The notes: a model not told the origin generated them from the letters alone. DNA of 64,000 bases from Vicugna vicugna (GCA_013265495.1 MU058687.1:5454093-5518092); one strand, 5' to 3'. Counted from the first letter of the stretch, positions 26,974-40,404 are shown. Translations and numbers: made by a program.

Positions 26974-28269
26974 TTAGAACCTCAAATATTAACAAGTTCC
27001 AGCCAAACTCTGCACGGGATTCAAAGTGATCACAATCCAAGCAGTGTACATGGACCTGAATAACCAGATGGTTTCCATCCTGGAAATCTAACAATCAATG
27101 ATTTAATTCCATGAGAAAGTAAAGCAAGGTACAAAAGTGTAACAAGGCAGGTGATTTCACCATGTTCTCTTAGTAAGTGAGTTTTTACAAGATGTACTCT
27201 GACTAAAGTTTATACTTTTGTAAACTTTTTTCCAGTACTTTACAAATCTTTGCCCTGTGAGACATAGAGGCTTACGTGACGAGAAGGGTACAATTCAGCA
27301 AACTTTTATGACACCCCGACCCATGGTTGGCTACGACCTAACAAAGAGTTAACTAGCAGGCAAACCCTCCATTCGGAGACAATCCCTGGAAGTCATGATT
27401 CAACCTGTCACAACAAGTATACCAGCCTCACATCTGGACTGTCATGAGATGTCAGTCACAGGGTGGATTACTAATTTTCTGAAACCCACAGCCTCATCAT
27501 GCCAGAAGCAGCAGCTACCTTGTTTATCTTTTTTCTTAGGCAATCTTTCTCTGCATTATCATTTTGATCATTAACGTGCTTGGGTTGACAGGAGCCAAAG
27601 AAAATTCGAATGCAACCCAGAAACAACAGAAATGTGTCATCCTGGAATAGACATGTGATCTGTCCAACCTAGGCACCTGCTTTTCATGATGAGTAATGCC
27701 AGATGTTTCGGGGCAAGATATAAGCCTCTGTTACACATCTGCTTTATGCAATTGTGCAACGACACATCACAAGGGAGTTTTCTTTTTCTGACCCTGGGTT
27801 AGCCATCAGTTGCAGCCTAATATTTCAAGACATCATCCCTTGAGCTCACCCCTGCATCCTTTACTGCAGTCTTTCTTTAAAAAAGGAAAAATAAAGCCAA
27901 AAGAATATTTGTCCAATATGTTCAACCATCAACTTTAGACCAAAGTGACTGTACTTGTAGAAAACACTTTCTGGTTTCCATTATGGAGATGGCTGGACAC
28001 TTGATATAAGAGCAATATTTTTTGGTTATAGTAGGTAAATGAGAACTAGCTCACATTTGCAAATAGCTTGGAAATGAAAATCACTCTCCTGGTAATGCTG
28101 AAAGCCAGTATTAGGATATCTTTACAAAATGTGTATAGCTAACTGAACATAATTCAGATAAAAGTACAAAGAACTAGTAACAATTGCAAGAACTATAAAC
28201 ACTAACAAATTTTCTTAAATTATATACTCCTGAGAAATTCAATAAGCAAGCAGTATAAGCATAATATGT

Positions 28270-29140
28270 TTACTCACTTGTTTACAAACATTTATAGAGA
28301 AACTTCTCTGTGCTAATCACTGTGTTATGTGCTAGTGAAACACTTACCCCCACATAGTCCAAGCAGGGTGAATGAGCAATTGTTAGAGAAGTGGATAATA
28401 GTAGGACAAAGTCCTAAAGCAAAACAGCATGGTTATGATACAGAAAAACTAGATGGACATACTTACAGTGGTCAGGTGAACTTTCCTCAAGATCTGACAT
28501 TTAAACAGAGACTAGAGGTTGAGAAAACTAAGATCATGCCAAAAGCACAAGAGGAGTGTTCTGGGTGGAAGAAATAATGAGGGTAACTCTTGTGGATAGA
28601 AGCTTGGTGCATTTTAGAGACTGAAAGGAACTCAGTGTACTTGGGAGTAGGTAAGAATCAGATGTTAAAGGACTTTATAGGTCATTGTAAAGAGTTTGGG
28701 GTTTGTAACAAGTGAGATGGGAAGACATTAAGGACTTAGAGTGGAGAAATGATAAGAACATATACATTTTTTTAAAGCTCATCCTGGATGCAAATGAGAG
28801 AGTGTAATGGAGGAGGCAGAGTGAGTGTGGGGAAGTCTGTTAGAACAGTAATTCTCTAACATTAAAGTGCACACAAAGATTTGGGGATCTTGTTAAAAGG
28901 CAGATTCTGATTCTCTAAAGTGGGGCATGACATTCTGCATTTCTTAAAAGCTCCCAGGTGATGGTCTGATCTGGAAGCTACTGGTTCTCAGACCACACTC
29001 TGAAGAGCAAACTAGGAGAATATTTTTACAGTAGTCCAGACTCTTACCTCTTTCAAGATGGTGGCTTGAGCTGGGACGGAAAATGTGATGAGGGAGGAAA
29101 TTTGACCAATTTAAGATATATTTGGGAGTTAAAACTAACA
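28270..29140 (-). mobile_element. L2 LINE 3' portion, interrupted by MER5A
   Basis: 'tcacttgtttacaaacatttat...gtgttctgggtgg...ggtcattgtaaagagtttggg...atatttgggag'. Confidence 0.75.
28846..29010. mobile_element. MER5A-type MITE
   Basis: 'ggggatcttgttaaaaggcagattctgatt...ttctgcatttct...gctcccaggtgatg...gaccacactctga'. Confidence 0.8.
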
Positions 29141-29479
29141 GATTCCCTTAAGCACGCCTCTGAACATTACAGCAGAGTAAGTATTAAGGAGACCTCTGAA
29201 ACCAAAATTTCTGAAAGTTAAAAGGGATCCTGAAGTTCTTGTTTCAATACTGTTTATGGATGGAGATAAGAGTTGAGGAATTGAAGGAGGGGTGGACACT
29301 TTCAATGAGTAGGTGAGAACTTAGCTTGGGGGCTGGGGAGAGGATTAAAGGTGGTTGTGAGTGGGATAAGATATTGCCTGGGGCTCAGCCTGTTTGCCTG
29401 ACAGCTAGGGAATTATCACCAGCATATCAGTGAGAGCAGAAGACCACAGATGCACAGGAAAGAAACTTGAACCTCAAAG

Positions 29480-29650
29480 TCAGAGCTTCAAGTCTGAGCC
29501 CTGCCACATTTTAGCTCTGTGTCTCTAAAAAAAAAGGTTACTAGTCACTTGTACCTGTTTCCTCATTTAATAAAATATGATGTAATGAGATCATGCATAT
29601 GAAAACATTTAGCATAATGCCTACCATAAGAAGATATTAATAAATATCAA
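29480..29650 (+). mobile_element. MIR SINE
   Basis: 'ccctgccacattttagctctgtg...gtttcctcattt...aatgagatcatgcatatgaaa'. Confidence 0.7.
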
Positions 29651-30176
29651 TTGAATTACACTTATGCACCTTAATGGAGGACCATTTTCTGTTTCTCCAG
29701 AAGATGTAAAAATCATCTATGCAACTACAGAAGGGAGTGTGCAACCCATATTATTTCTGCGTCTCGTAAAGATGTTTTCTGACAATGAAGTTTTCTTACT
29801 TAGAGGCAATAAATGACTATCACCTTTAAATCCAACAATGATCCAGGTAGTGAATGCTACAAGGTAATTTCCAAGTAAATATAACATTATGCTAATGCAG
29901 AATTTATAGAACTTATCCAGTCCATTCACCGTACTGAAAAGGATACCTAAAAGGTAGAAGACTTCTAATATTATCGAAACTATTAGGTCAAAAAAGAGTT
30001 TGGCAAAACCAAGGTAGGCTATTTCAAGGTCTCGTTAAAATGACCATCAAGATATTTTTCTCGATGATTTGATATCAGTCTTCTGCTGTTTGCTGTATTA
30101 CTTGTACTAAGAAAGAGGCTTACTGATTTTATCTTTGCCAGTTCAATTTAGAGCCACTCCTCTTTTCCATACTCAC

Positions 30177-30212
30177 AGAGCTAACAGGAAAACAGCTAGC
30201 CCCGTACTCCAT
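30177..30212 (-). other. Candidate coding end of an alternative first exon (MEYGASCFPVSS)
   Basis: gtgATGG start context, 12 open codons, then |gtgagt donor; repeat-free upstream with (GA)n tract; unverified. Confidence 0.25.
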
Positions 30213-30614
30213 CACTCAGGTCGGATGTGAAGTCAGGCAACTTCACTTAAGCCTCTTTTGTAATTAACAGCAAATATCTGCATACAAACAAGTTGCAGAA
30301 GTTCTCCAAGGCTGTTTAATCCCGGAGTGGGTAACACAATACCCCTGTAAATATACTTCATAGTGGTCCTAGTCTTCTCAGTGACACAGACTCGGCCTTT
30401 CAAAGTTATAAATTCCAAACAGTGAGCTTCTGTATAATCTTAACAGTCGTGGGCTTGTAGCTTTCTCAAGACAGGGGAGGATTTATAGAGTATATTTCTT
30501 ATAGTCCTATGAGTTTTACTTGTTGAACCCTCTGCCTGAAATGGACAACTAGGGTCTTCTCCCAAAACACACTGTATCCACCCGTCAAGGCAGTTGCAGT
30601 CTCTCCGTTTTAGC

Positions 30615-30680
30615 CTCTCTGTCTCAGTCAGTCTCTCTCTCTCTCTTTCTCTCTCCCCTGCTCTCCCTCCCCCACCCTCA
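30615..30680. repeat. (CT)n / pyrimidine-rich tract
   Basis: Direct reading. Confidence 0.8.
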
Positions 30681-31822
30681 GAATAATTCTCAAATCCCAA
30701 AAGAAGGTCTCTGAAATTTCTCTAAGCAATCCACTCTCGTATAAAAAAGGTAGCAATTTGGGTCATTATCACTGTGCACACTCTCTTAGGCAACATGTGG
30801 GCTATATCCAAAACGTGACACGCAACTCTAGCCTTCTGTAATAACTTTGCACAAAACATTTCTGATTAAGTCAAGTCCTCAACTGCACAGAATCTCTCAA
30901 ACTCAGAGGAAACGCCCAGGCATTTTCCACTCCTGCAGAATGATCACTGTCCTTTCTCACTCACAGCCAGGCCACACCATCAGGGAACTGAATGTTCCAA
31001 CCACACAAATTATTCGAATCCAACAAACCAGCCCTCTCCTCCACTTGCTCTCATGAATAATGCCAAGTACTTGGGTTTCAGAGAAGAAAAATCTTTCAAA
31101 ACACATGAGAGTGAGGCATTTATCTTTTTCACCTATACTTCTGCCATGGCCTTGATCAGTCTTTCCTTGCTTCCACTTCTACTCATGTAAATCCCGCCTA
31201 CTCAGTGACCCCCGAGGGAGACATCTCAGGTGTAAATTTGATCATGACTTGGGCAAGGGGAGAGCTTGATTTTAACACATCAAAGCCACTGAGATTCTTG
31301 TCTAACTCCCTTACTAACCAGTAAAGCCTTTAAAGCAGGGAACAAATCATACTCATCTCATTAATCCTACAAGCTAACACTAGGAATGGCATTTAATAGA
31401 TACTGCATAAATGCTTGCTGAATGAGTAAATATTAGTTTTTCAAAATCACAAATTCCCAAAAATGAAGATACAGAAATAAAGTGGGGGAAACATAATAAA
31501 TGACAAAGAAGCCCAACAGTACCCCTTCTGTCACCCCTTCTTGTCCCCCAGAGCAGTTAGAGTAATATCTGAAATAAACACTTTATGTCACAAACCCCTG
31601 CTGCATTCAGAGCTTCTGAGATCACGATCACATCCCAAGTGACATGCAGCAAAATCATATTTCACACCAACATATCATTACTGAAACAAAGCAAAACTGT
31701 GCTCTAGCCCCTAAGTAGAATGGAATGGAATGTTTCCTGAACACAGTTTCACTAAAATGGTCTTGAGTATTTATCTTCCAATAATGAGATCTCGATACCC
31801 ACATCTGCCTCCCTGTGCCCAG

Positions 31823-31823
<1 letters not shown>

Positions 31824-31855
<32 letters not shown>
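31824..31855. repeat. (CA)n microsatellite
   Basis: About 16 perfect AC units. Confidence 0.95.
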
Positions 31856-31857
<2 letters not shown>

Positions 31858-32829
31858 CTTTTTGATAGTGCAAATCTTAGATATACAGGGGCAAAGCTTA
31901 CTCACCCTCAACTGCCATTGCTCCTCGGCTCCCCCTAACTGCATTATAATCATAGTCATTACTGCCATAATGATAGTAATAATGCTTTGTGCTTCTACAG
32001 CACTTCTCAGATGATCTCAAAGCATGACTGCATCGTGACTGTAAAAATTAAGAACGTTCGCCTCCTCTGGAGATGGTGTTTATAATAAGGGCGGGAGCTC
32101 ACAGACTTGCCTGACACCCACAAGTCAAAATTATGAGGAGGAGGCTTGCACAGCTTTGCCTCTTTTACTCAGTTAGAAAAGGATGATTTTCTGATACAGG
32201 TCAAGACACGTCTCCAGAAGGGCCCATCAAAGAAGAAAGACCTATTTCTTATCCAACATTTTACTGGCCTCAAGGAATACATTTTATACTGACAAGGGGG
32301 GACACATTTTAATGCTTGCATGGTCTAAATCTACAGTGTTTTTGAAATCAACACATTGACCAGCTGCCCCATCTAATCTTGATCTTTAGTCATAAGACAC
32401 ATTTTCTGTATGACTCAAACTTCTTATCCCCATTTCACATGATGTTTCTATAGCTCCACTAATATGTCCCTGAAAGTACTCTATGGCCATTGTTGTAATT
32501 ATCTTCTCATAATCCCAGGGAATCACTTAGGAGATGCTAGAAAACAGAAGAAACCATCGTGGAGGGCAGACTCACCTGCGAGAAGTGTCTTAAGTTGTGA
32601 GGCTGAGATATTTCTGCCCCAATCTAAATTAGAAATTTCCTTTACCCACCCTTCTAGAATATATTCAGTACCTACCAAATAACCAGATATTTATAAAGTT
32701 ACAGGGTAAGGCAAACCACTGGAAACAATAATATGCAGAGATGTATTCTCTGCCTTTGAGGAACTTACACGCTTTTTAAGCTAGGGCTCATGAGAGGGGA
32801 TAACTGGTCTCCTTACTTCTAAGCTGTGT

Positions 32830-33450
32830 CTACCTCTAGGAAGTTTAGTCTTTATATGGCAGTAGGAAGATGAATTTAAAAAACAAATCTGATCATATGG
32901 CTCACCTGCTCAAAACCCTTTGATAGCTTCTCATCACACTTAGAATAATATCAAATCCTAACCATGATTTAAATGGGGGTCTCTCATTCTCTTGTCTCCA
33001 GTCTCATTCTCTTCCTTGTGATCCTTCTACTCAAGGCACACTGCCTTCCTTTCTGCTTCTCTAAGAACCCAAGCTTGGTCTCATCTCAAGGCTTCTGCAC
33101 ATGCTGCTTCATCTTCTTCCCACACCGTCCCCCTTCCCACCTCTCATTTCACTTAGCTCTCTCCTCCAACATCAATTCCTCAGAGAAGCTGCTTTAACTA
33201 CTTCCTTCAAAACAGTGACCTCAATCTGTGAAACTTCTTATCTCTGTCTTTCTTCACCATATTTTTCTTGATCTGACATTATAATATATGTTTATCTGGT
33301 TGATTGATCGTTGTTGATCTTCTCCACCAGAATGTAAGCTTCATACAGGCAGAGATTCTGTTGTGTTCATCACTGTAACCCAAACACCTGGTATAATAGT
33401 TGGCAAATAGCATCTGGTCAATAAATGTCTGTTGACAAATAAATAAATAA
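32830..33450 (+). mobile_element. L2 LINE 3' end
   Basis: 'cctgctcaaaaccctt...agaatgtaagcttcatacaggcagagatt...caataaatgtctgttgacaaataaataaat'. Confidence 0.85.
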
Positions 33451-34939
33451 TGAAGAGATTTTCCCACAGGATCACTTTTCTGCTTTCAGTAACCTAGGGA
33501 TTCTTTAATGTCTTGAAGGTGGAGAAAATGGAAGGGAATGAGTTTTACCTGTTAAGCCTAGACACACTCATGTGGGATGCAAGTCATATCTGTGTGCTTG
33601 TAGCCAACCTGGACTGCCCATAATCCCACATCTTTCTCTCTTTTACACACTAGGCATTATACTTATGATTTTATGACTGAAGATTGGCTGTCCAGTCACC
33701 AGTAAGCATCATTCACTGACACGTATTAACCCACGGACATGGATATATCCAGTAACTGTGCCTCTTTGTCTGTATCTGCTCCTTCTAATTCTCTGGTGTA
33801 GGCTTCAACTTGATGCACTCTCATATCCCAAGAAATTTTCCCCACGGGAGCAATAACAGGAACTGAATTGTTTTCACAGAGCTTCATGTCTATCTTGTTA
33901 GCCTCCAGGGGTCAAATGTTTGTGTCTTGCTTCCTTACAGGGGATTTCAAACTATCGAAACAAGTTTGTGCAACCGAACAGCTACTTGGTTGAATTCATC
34001 AATAGTTTGGATGCATATCTACAAACACACACAATTCTTCTCTGTGAAAAATGTTAATGGGCAAAACTTAAGGGCACAAAAGCTCAAGTCTACCAAAATG
34101 AACACACAAATCATGAGATATGCCAAACTGGTGCTTTTGAAACTCTGATAGGTTCAAATGAATCTTGGAACTTAAAGTAAACGTCTCATTCATAATTGTC
34201 TCTAATTCTGTAAGAAGCCGCCTCCCCAACAGAGATCAAGCCCTTCTTCCCACCCCAGTGCCTAATAAGGATATTGGTTCCCATTGCCAGCAGGCACCAC
34301 TGTGCACACTCTGGCATGAGAGACAAAAGGCTGATGGCACAGTCTTTGTACCTCTTTTCTGCTTTAACAATCATTTAACAGTTGGCTGAGTCTCATCAGT
34401 TGACTATAATACTAATTCAGAAAATGTGGCTTCTAGTCACACAGAACAAGCCTTGTTCTCTCAGCAGTATTTCATGCCATCATCTGTTTTTCTAAAAAAA
34501 AAATTAGGTAAAACATTGCATGTCTTACCAAAATGTTGTGATGTTGGTTTTCTTTCAAAACTGTTCTGCACTGAGTTCAGGAGAATATCAAAAACTGCTT
34601 TTTCCATTTCTGAACCTAAAAATGACTACAGTGCTATGTAGCCACACAACCATCTGTTCACTCATCCATCTGTCCCTCAAACATACACTGAACATCTACT
34701 TCCAGTTCCCTGCTGGAACTGGAACTCTAACTATTAATAAGAGACGATCCTTGCCCTGAATTAATTATCTACCTTAAACCAGAGTTTTTGTCTTCAACAA
34801 GAGCAGAAGCTTTTAGGTTCACAGATGTAGTCTATATAACTTTACCCCTATTCTCTTTCATGACTCTCTACCCAAACTTTAGTTAAATCCACTGGTCAGG
34901 GTTCTCCTATTTTCTTGACTGATTATTCATAGACAGTAA

Positions 34940-35130
34940 TTTAAAAAGTACTTTCACATACAGCGTTTCATTTAATCCTCACAACAGCCTGTGAGATAGA
35001 TCTTACAACAGCCCTCATTTTGTAGAAGAGGGAAAAAAACCTCAGGGAAGCTCTGTCTCTTGCCTAAGGTCACACATGGTCATAAGGGCGGAAATGGACC
35101 TTTCTGACTCCACATCACTGCACTGTGGCT
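34940..35130 (-). mobile_element. MIR SINE
   Basis: 'tcatttaatcctcacaacagcctgtgagatag...ttgcctaaggtcacaca'. Confidence 0.8.
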
Positions 35131-36659
35131 TCCAGTTATCAACTGTAACAATCTCCTTCTAGTCTTCTTTGGTTACATGCTCAGTTAGCAAATATTTATT
35201 GAGCATTAACTTTATGCAATATATTTGCTAGGCAGGAGTATTCAATCCTTGTCAACTTGGTCAATTTCTTCAGTTCTGAAATTGATTAAGAGAAGTTGTT
35301 CATCTCTGGGTTTCCTGAATCTAGAATTAGTCTTCTCTACAACTTCTAGCCAAACACTATAAAATATCACAGGGAGTCTGACTTCTCGAGTATGTGCCCA
35401 ACTCAAGCCCACAGAAAGGGTCAAGCTTTTCTCCATAACTCATCAATTTTTAAATTCTCTCCTTATTTTTCATAGTAGTTTTAAGCCATAGCCTTTTTCC
35501 TCCATGCCACCAACCTCGAGAAAAAAATAAGTGGATCAGAGGAGAAAAGGATAAGCAATGCTGCATTTCTTTGGCCATGTCGACAACTGGATGAGAAGCT
35601 AGATGCAGTGGGGCCCATGGCAGTTACAGATAGGAGGTCATGAGTGGGAGGCCATCTTTATGACTCTACCAAAGCCCAGATTACAGAGCTCTTCAATATC
35701 CCAGGGAGATGATTCTGTCGTTTCTACCACTTTTTAACCAAAGCCACTGGCCTCATTACCTTTACCTCACATTTGTAGTTTGTTGAACTACAGTAAACCC
35801 TACTTCAGAAAGATGACCCGTAAGATAGAAAATATATAAAATTAAAAGCAGATGCTTCAATGTACTGGGGTCATGTCTGGGTCTGGAAATGGAAACAGGG
35901 ACAGCAGGTTTTTATATTCTCTTGAGCAAATCCCAGGACATTCTTTAAATGAAGCAGTCAAAAAATATAAATATTTCCATTAGTCAAAGGATACCAAACC
36001 ACTGTTTGTCAAATCAGTGACTGTGAGAACTTCTCCAAGTGGAAATATTTACAAGACTGAGGCAATCATTGTTACCAAGGACTTTTGTAAGATGTATGTA
36101 CCCTTCTCTCTCATTTTCCAGACAGACATATTATGGCATGGAAAAGTAAAGAAAACAAAAGAATTAAAGGGAACAGGAGCTGAGAAGAAAAGGTAGGAAA
36201 GGCAAAAAGAAATGAGGAGAGAGGATGCATGATATTTAAAAAAAAACAAGTTTTGAAATCAGATAGGCGTTAATTTAAATTCTGGCTTTTGCCATGGGTC
36301 TTTGCTCAAATTATCTCATTTATACAATGGACATGATTATATTTACTTTGTATGATAAATGTGAAAATTAAACGAGATATTGAATAAAAAGAGGTAGTCT
36401 GGTGTTTGACAAAGCAGACTCTCAATAAAGAGAGGTAGTAATGATTATTGCTATTTGTTTTAAAGAAAAAGATTGAAGAAAAAGGAAAGATGTTCTCTCT
36501 GAATAAAATTTTCAAAACCTCTAATTGAAAAAATCTACCTGGATATTCTAGAATCTTTTAAATTGATTACTAATTGAACTACTCTGATAACTCTACGATG
36601 TATGGATAAAAAGGTGGAGCTGCCCAAAATAAAAATGAAAAAATATTTTGAGTGTACTG

Positions 36660-36868
36660 TGTAATTCTCAATCCAGGATTTATTTCAGAATCACTTATGG
36701 AGCTTTGAAAAAAAAAATCAAATTCCCAGGCCTCACCTCCAAAAATTTGTTTTCAGTAGGTTTTGGATAGGGCTCAGACACCTATATATATATATATTTA
36801 TTGAAATATATATATATTTCAAGCTCAACATGTATTCTAGCACCCAAACAAAGTTGAGAATTGCTGTT
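36660..36868. mobile_element. MER5-type MITE with internal (TA)n palindrome
   Basis: 'tcagaatcacttatggagcttt...cccaggcctcacctcc...tcagtagg...gttgagaattgctg'. Confidence 0.7.
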
Positions 36869-39269
36869 ATAAATGCTAAATAAAGCTGGGCATTCTGGCA
36901 ATGTTAGGCTCCATCTCACCACTATCATAATTCAATGTAGAACACCAGTGGGGAAATGGAAATAAATACACATCCAACATAGCAACTTTCTTTATCAGGT
37001 TAAAACCTGCAATTATAAGATTTTTATTTTCTGCATCTATTTACTCAAACTTCCTCAGCATTTATACCTATCTATAAAACCAAGATGTGCCCTGTAAGAA
37101 AGACTATAGAAACACCATAAACCCTCTCTCTAGAATGTTTTGTGGGTTTTAACCAATCCTTCCTGAGTCTATATAATGACTTTTATAATTTAATGACTTC
37201 TTGAAATGTGTGGAGAAGCACAGCCCTGAGAGCGGCGTGGTGACTGTATGCAGAACGTCACGTTCTCAGGAATCACGTGGGGTGAGGTTATGAAACTTGC
37301 TGTTTTACTTCAATTTGCTTGGCTGCCTCCATCTGCGCAAGCTTTGATTGGTGTATGAAGAATGAGTGACTTCATTTCAGAATGGATCCCCGGAAAAGTA
37401 AAACAATCAAATGAGAATTTCTTTGGGAATCAAGCCTAAATGGCAAAAGCTGTACCAAGTTCCAACAAAAGACCCTTCACTGTCCAACGACGCTTCTGGA
37501 GTGCACTTTTCATTGAAGATAACAACTTTTATTGTTTAAAATACCATCACCTCCACCACTGCAAAAGGAAAATAATTTAGACAACCAAAACCTTCATTCT
37601 TACATCACAAACTTAACCATTTTGTAAAGCTTTGTCTGCAAAACCCCAGAGAGCTCATAATGCATTTGTTTTCAGATACGCAACAGAATAATTGTTCCAA
37701 ATAAACTTTAAAATAAAATGCCAGAAACTTGAGAAAATGTACTCAGTGGGCCAAGAAAACAAGAAGAGTGGATGGTGATGAGAGTCTTCCTTCTCTTTCA
37801 TCAGGTTTCACTTAGCTAAGGTTAGTCATGCAACTGCAGATAAACAAACAAAGGAACTTACACTCAACCATGGGACATTCCCAACAGGACTTCCCAGCAC
37901 AGAGGAGAGAGGCCATCTCAGTGCCTCCCCACCTCACTGAAGCACCAGCTGCTCCTCTTCGCTTGGGGAGCAAGTTGTGAAGAACACTGGTGACTTACAA
38001 TTAAAGTGAAGGAATTCCATTCAGATGTAATCACAAAGGGAAATGACAGAGACACAAAAGAAATGAAGAAATTTTTTTAAATAATAATTTAAACCTACTA
38101 ATCCCTTGACGGCCTGAATTGACCCCAGATTATAAGAAAAACAAATTGGCCTTAAAAAAAAAAAGTATCCTTTTGATAGGAAAGTCACATCAGTTGAGAC
38201 GAATTCTGAGAAAAGAAGGCCATGTTGGTAAGAAAAGGACTGATGGTCATTTTAAGAGCTTAACAATGTTAGATGAGCTGGTGGAAAAGGAAGGGAAGCA
38301 GCTCATCAGTCCCCTAATTATTTACCTTCTTTAGGACCCTGGGGCCTTTATAAAAGTTTCCAACATTGGGTTTACCAGATAGCCTTATTAAATAATTTAA
38401 AGTAAAATCACTTTGAGGTACCCTGAATATTTTATGTTTCTTATAAATAGTTAGATATGATGGAAGTTTCCATTTGGTTATTTCTTTTCATTCCGTGGCT
38501 GGCTTGCTTACTCGCCAGCTTGCACTAGCTCTCATTCTCCCTACCTTCCCCTACCTTCCCTCTCTTTCTCTCTCTTCTTTGAATAAAAAGAAAAGGCCCA
38601 ATTTTTTTCACAATATTCTCAAGATATGTAACTAGAAACACACCTCCTGAAAGAGATTAGTCTTCCATTAAAATAGTCCTTCCCAGATTTTTGAACCTGA
38701 AAGGAAATTACAGAAGCAGCCCAGCTCCCATGGGCATTGTGATTCAGGCAGGCAGGAGTGCCATCCAAAATATTTGCATGGGCTGTGAGCTGATTTGACT
38801 TGAACTTGTACTATGTGAGTATATGGCAAAAAGAGTGGCCTTGGAGAAATGGAGAAGGAGAGAAAAAGTGATGTACCAAAGATATTTGTACCATTTGTTT
38901 GCAAATTTACCAAAGTTTTGGCCTCCTGTAGGCAGCAGAGACACCTGGGATGCTTCAGCTTCAGTTCCTATAATCCCAGACCTAAGTCACTGCCCGTAAA
39001 TTGACTATGTCACTGGGGGGTAGCCCTCCATCATAAACAGCTAGTTCTATGGTTTGAATACTTGGAAACCCAAAGCAATACATTTAACATATATATGCTA
39101 ACAAAAGATTATTAAGAGTTTTTTTAACAGATTCCATCAGTTAAGACTTGAGAACAGAATGTTCATAAGCCTCACTATTTCAGGACCAGCCTTAAATAAA
39201 GAAAAGTACATAAATTGAAGAGCTACAGAGATGCCATTTTAGACCCTGCTTCACCTCAGACTTTGTAAA

Positions 39270-39500
39270 TAACAATAACTAACATTTACTGAGAATTTAG
39301 TATCCGCCAGGCACTATTCTGAGCACCTTACATGCATTAAGCCACACAGTCTACACAATAGCTCTATGAATAAGATATTACTATTACTAATGTTGAAATA
39401 GAAATATAGAGTGGTCAAATGGCTTATTAGTGAAGAAGCCAATATTTGAATCCATGGTGCCAGCTATTCAGCCATGCTCTTAACCTCTGTGCTAAAACAT
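39270..39500 (-). mobile_element. MIR SINE
   Basis: 'aacatttactgag...gccaggcactattctgagcac...atttgaatcca...gctcttaacc'. Confidence 0.8.
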
Positions 39501-39619
39501 TCCTCAACTTCATTCATGTTTTTCTCTGAGCCTTAGTTTTCTAGTCTATTTGAATGGAAAGCTTGTGATGAGAATTAAATAATACATAAAATGGCCTTAT
39601 CTTTTAAATAGTACTACCT

Positions 39620-40404
39620 TTAAGGAGACTTTTAATTCTAGTCATGTTACAGTAGTGTAGACTAGGTTTCTTTCTATCTTAAACAACAAGAAAATTGGGG
39701 AGGTGGTAAATGTGAAACAATGATGTTCAAATATTTGACAACTGACAGTATAGTCCAGAGATCCATGAAAGAAATGAAACAAATAAAATGAGCCCTATGA
39801 CTACCCCAGCTTACTTCTCTGAGAGTTTTCAGGCTGCGGTACAACAGAAAAAGAAACCCAAAGAGAACCAGAGGTCTTTCTCAATTAAGGAGACAGAGTT
39901 TGGAATTTGAGGAGGTGAAAGCAGACAGAATTAGTGAGACAGAGTATAGATCAGAAAGTTACACAGAGTAAGACGTCCAGAGATCTGAAGAGGGAGAGTC
40001 CTTGACATTCCAGCTGAGTACTGGTGTGCATGTATGTGAGAATAAACTATCCCAAGCCAGGGAAAGGGGAAGGTGAATATTGCCCAAAGATCACACAGGT
40101 CTGAGAATAATCCTGTTCTAGCCAGCCTAAGTGGAAAGATCTACTAATACATCAGGAATGAGGAAAAGTTTTCAGTATGGCATTGCCATAGAAGTGGGGT
40201 TAAATTAGTCCGGACTAAAGACTAAATTTGTGTCTGCCCTAATGAAACTTAAAAGCAAGACTCAATAGGATCAGACTGACTCCAAATAATTTAACTGCAA
40301 CTCAGAACAAAGCCAAAGAGTATGTAAAAGGTAAAACAAAATTCAACACCCAAGTACATAAAGTTCACAATGTTGGCATCCTGTCAAAAATTATCAGGCA
40401 TGCA
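39620..40404 (+). mobile_element. Old L1M (L1MC/MD-type) 5' region, left part
   Basis: L1M 5'UTR-like sequence ending '...aagttcacaatgttggcatcctgtcaaaaattatcaggcatgca', which resumes at ~46188. Confidence 0.65.

Noticed and set aside
31655..32014. Overlapping ORFs with VC/HT repeats
   Set aside because: Caused by the (CA)n microsatellite.
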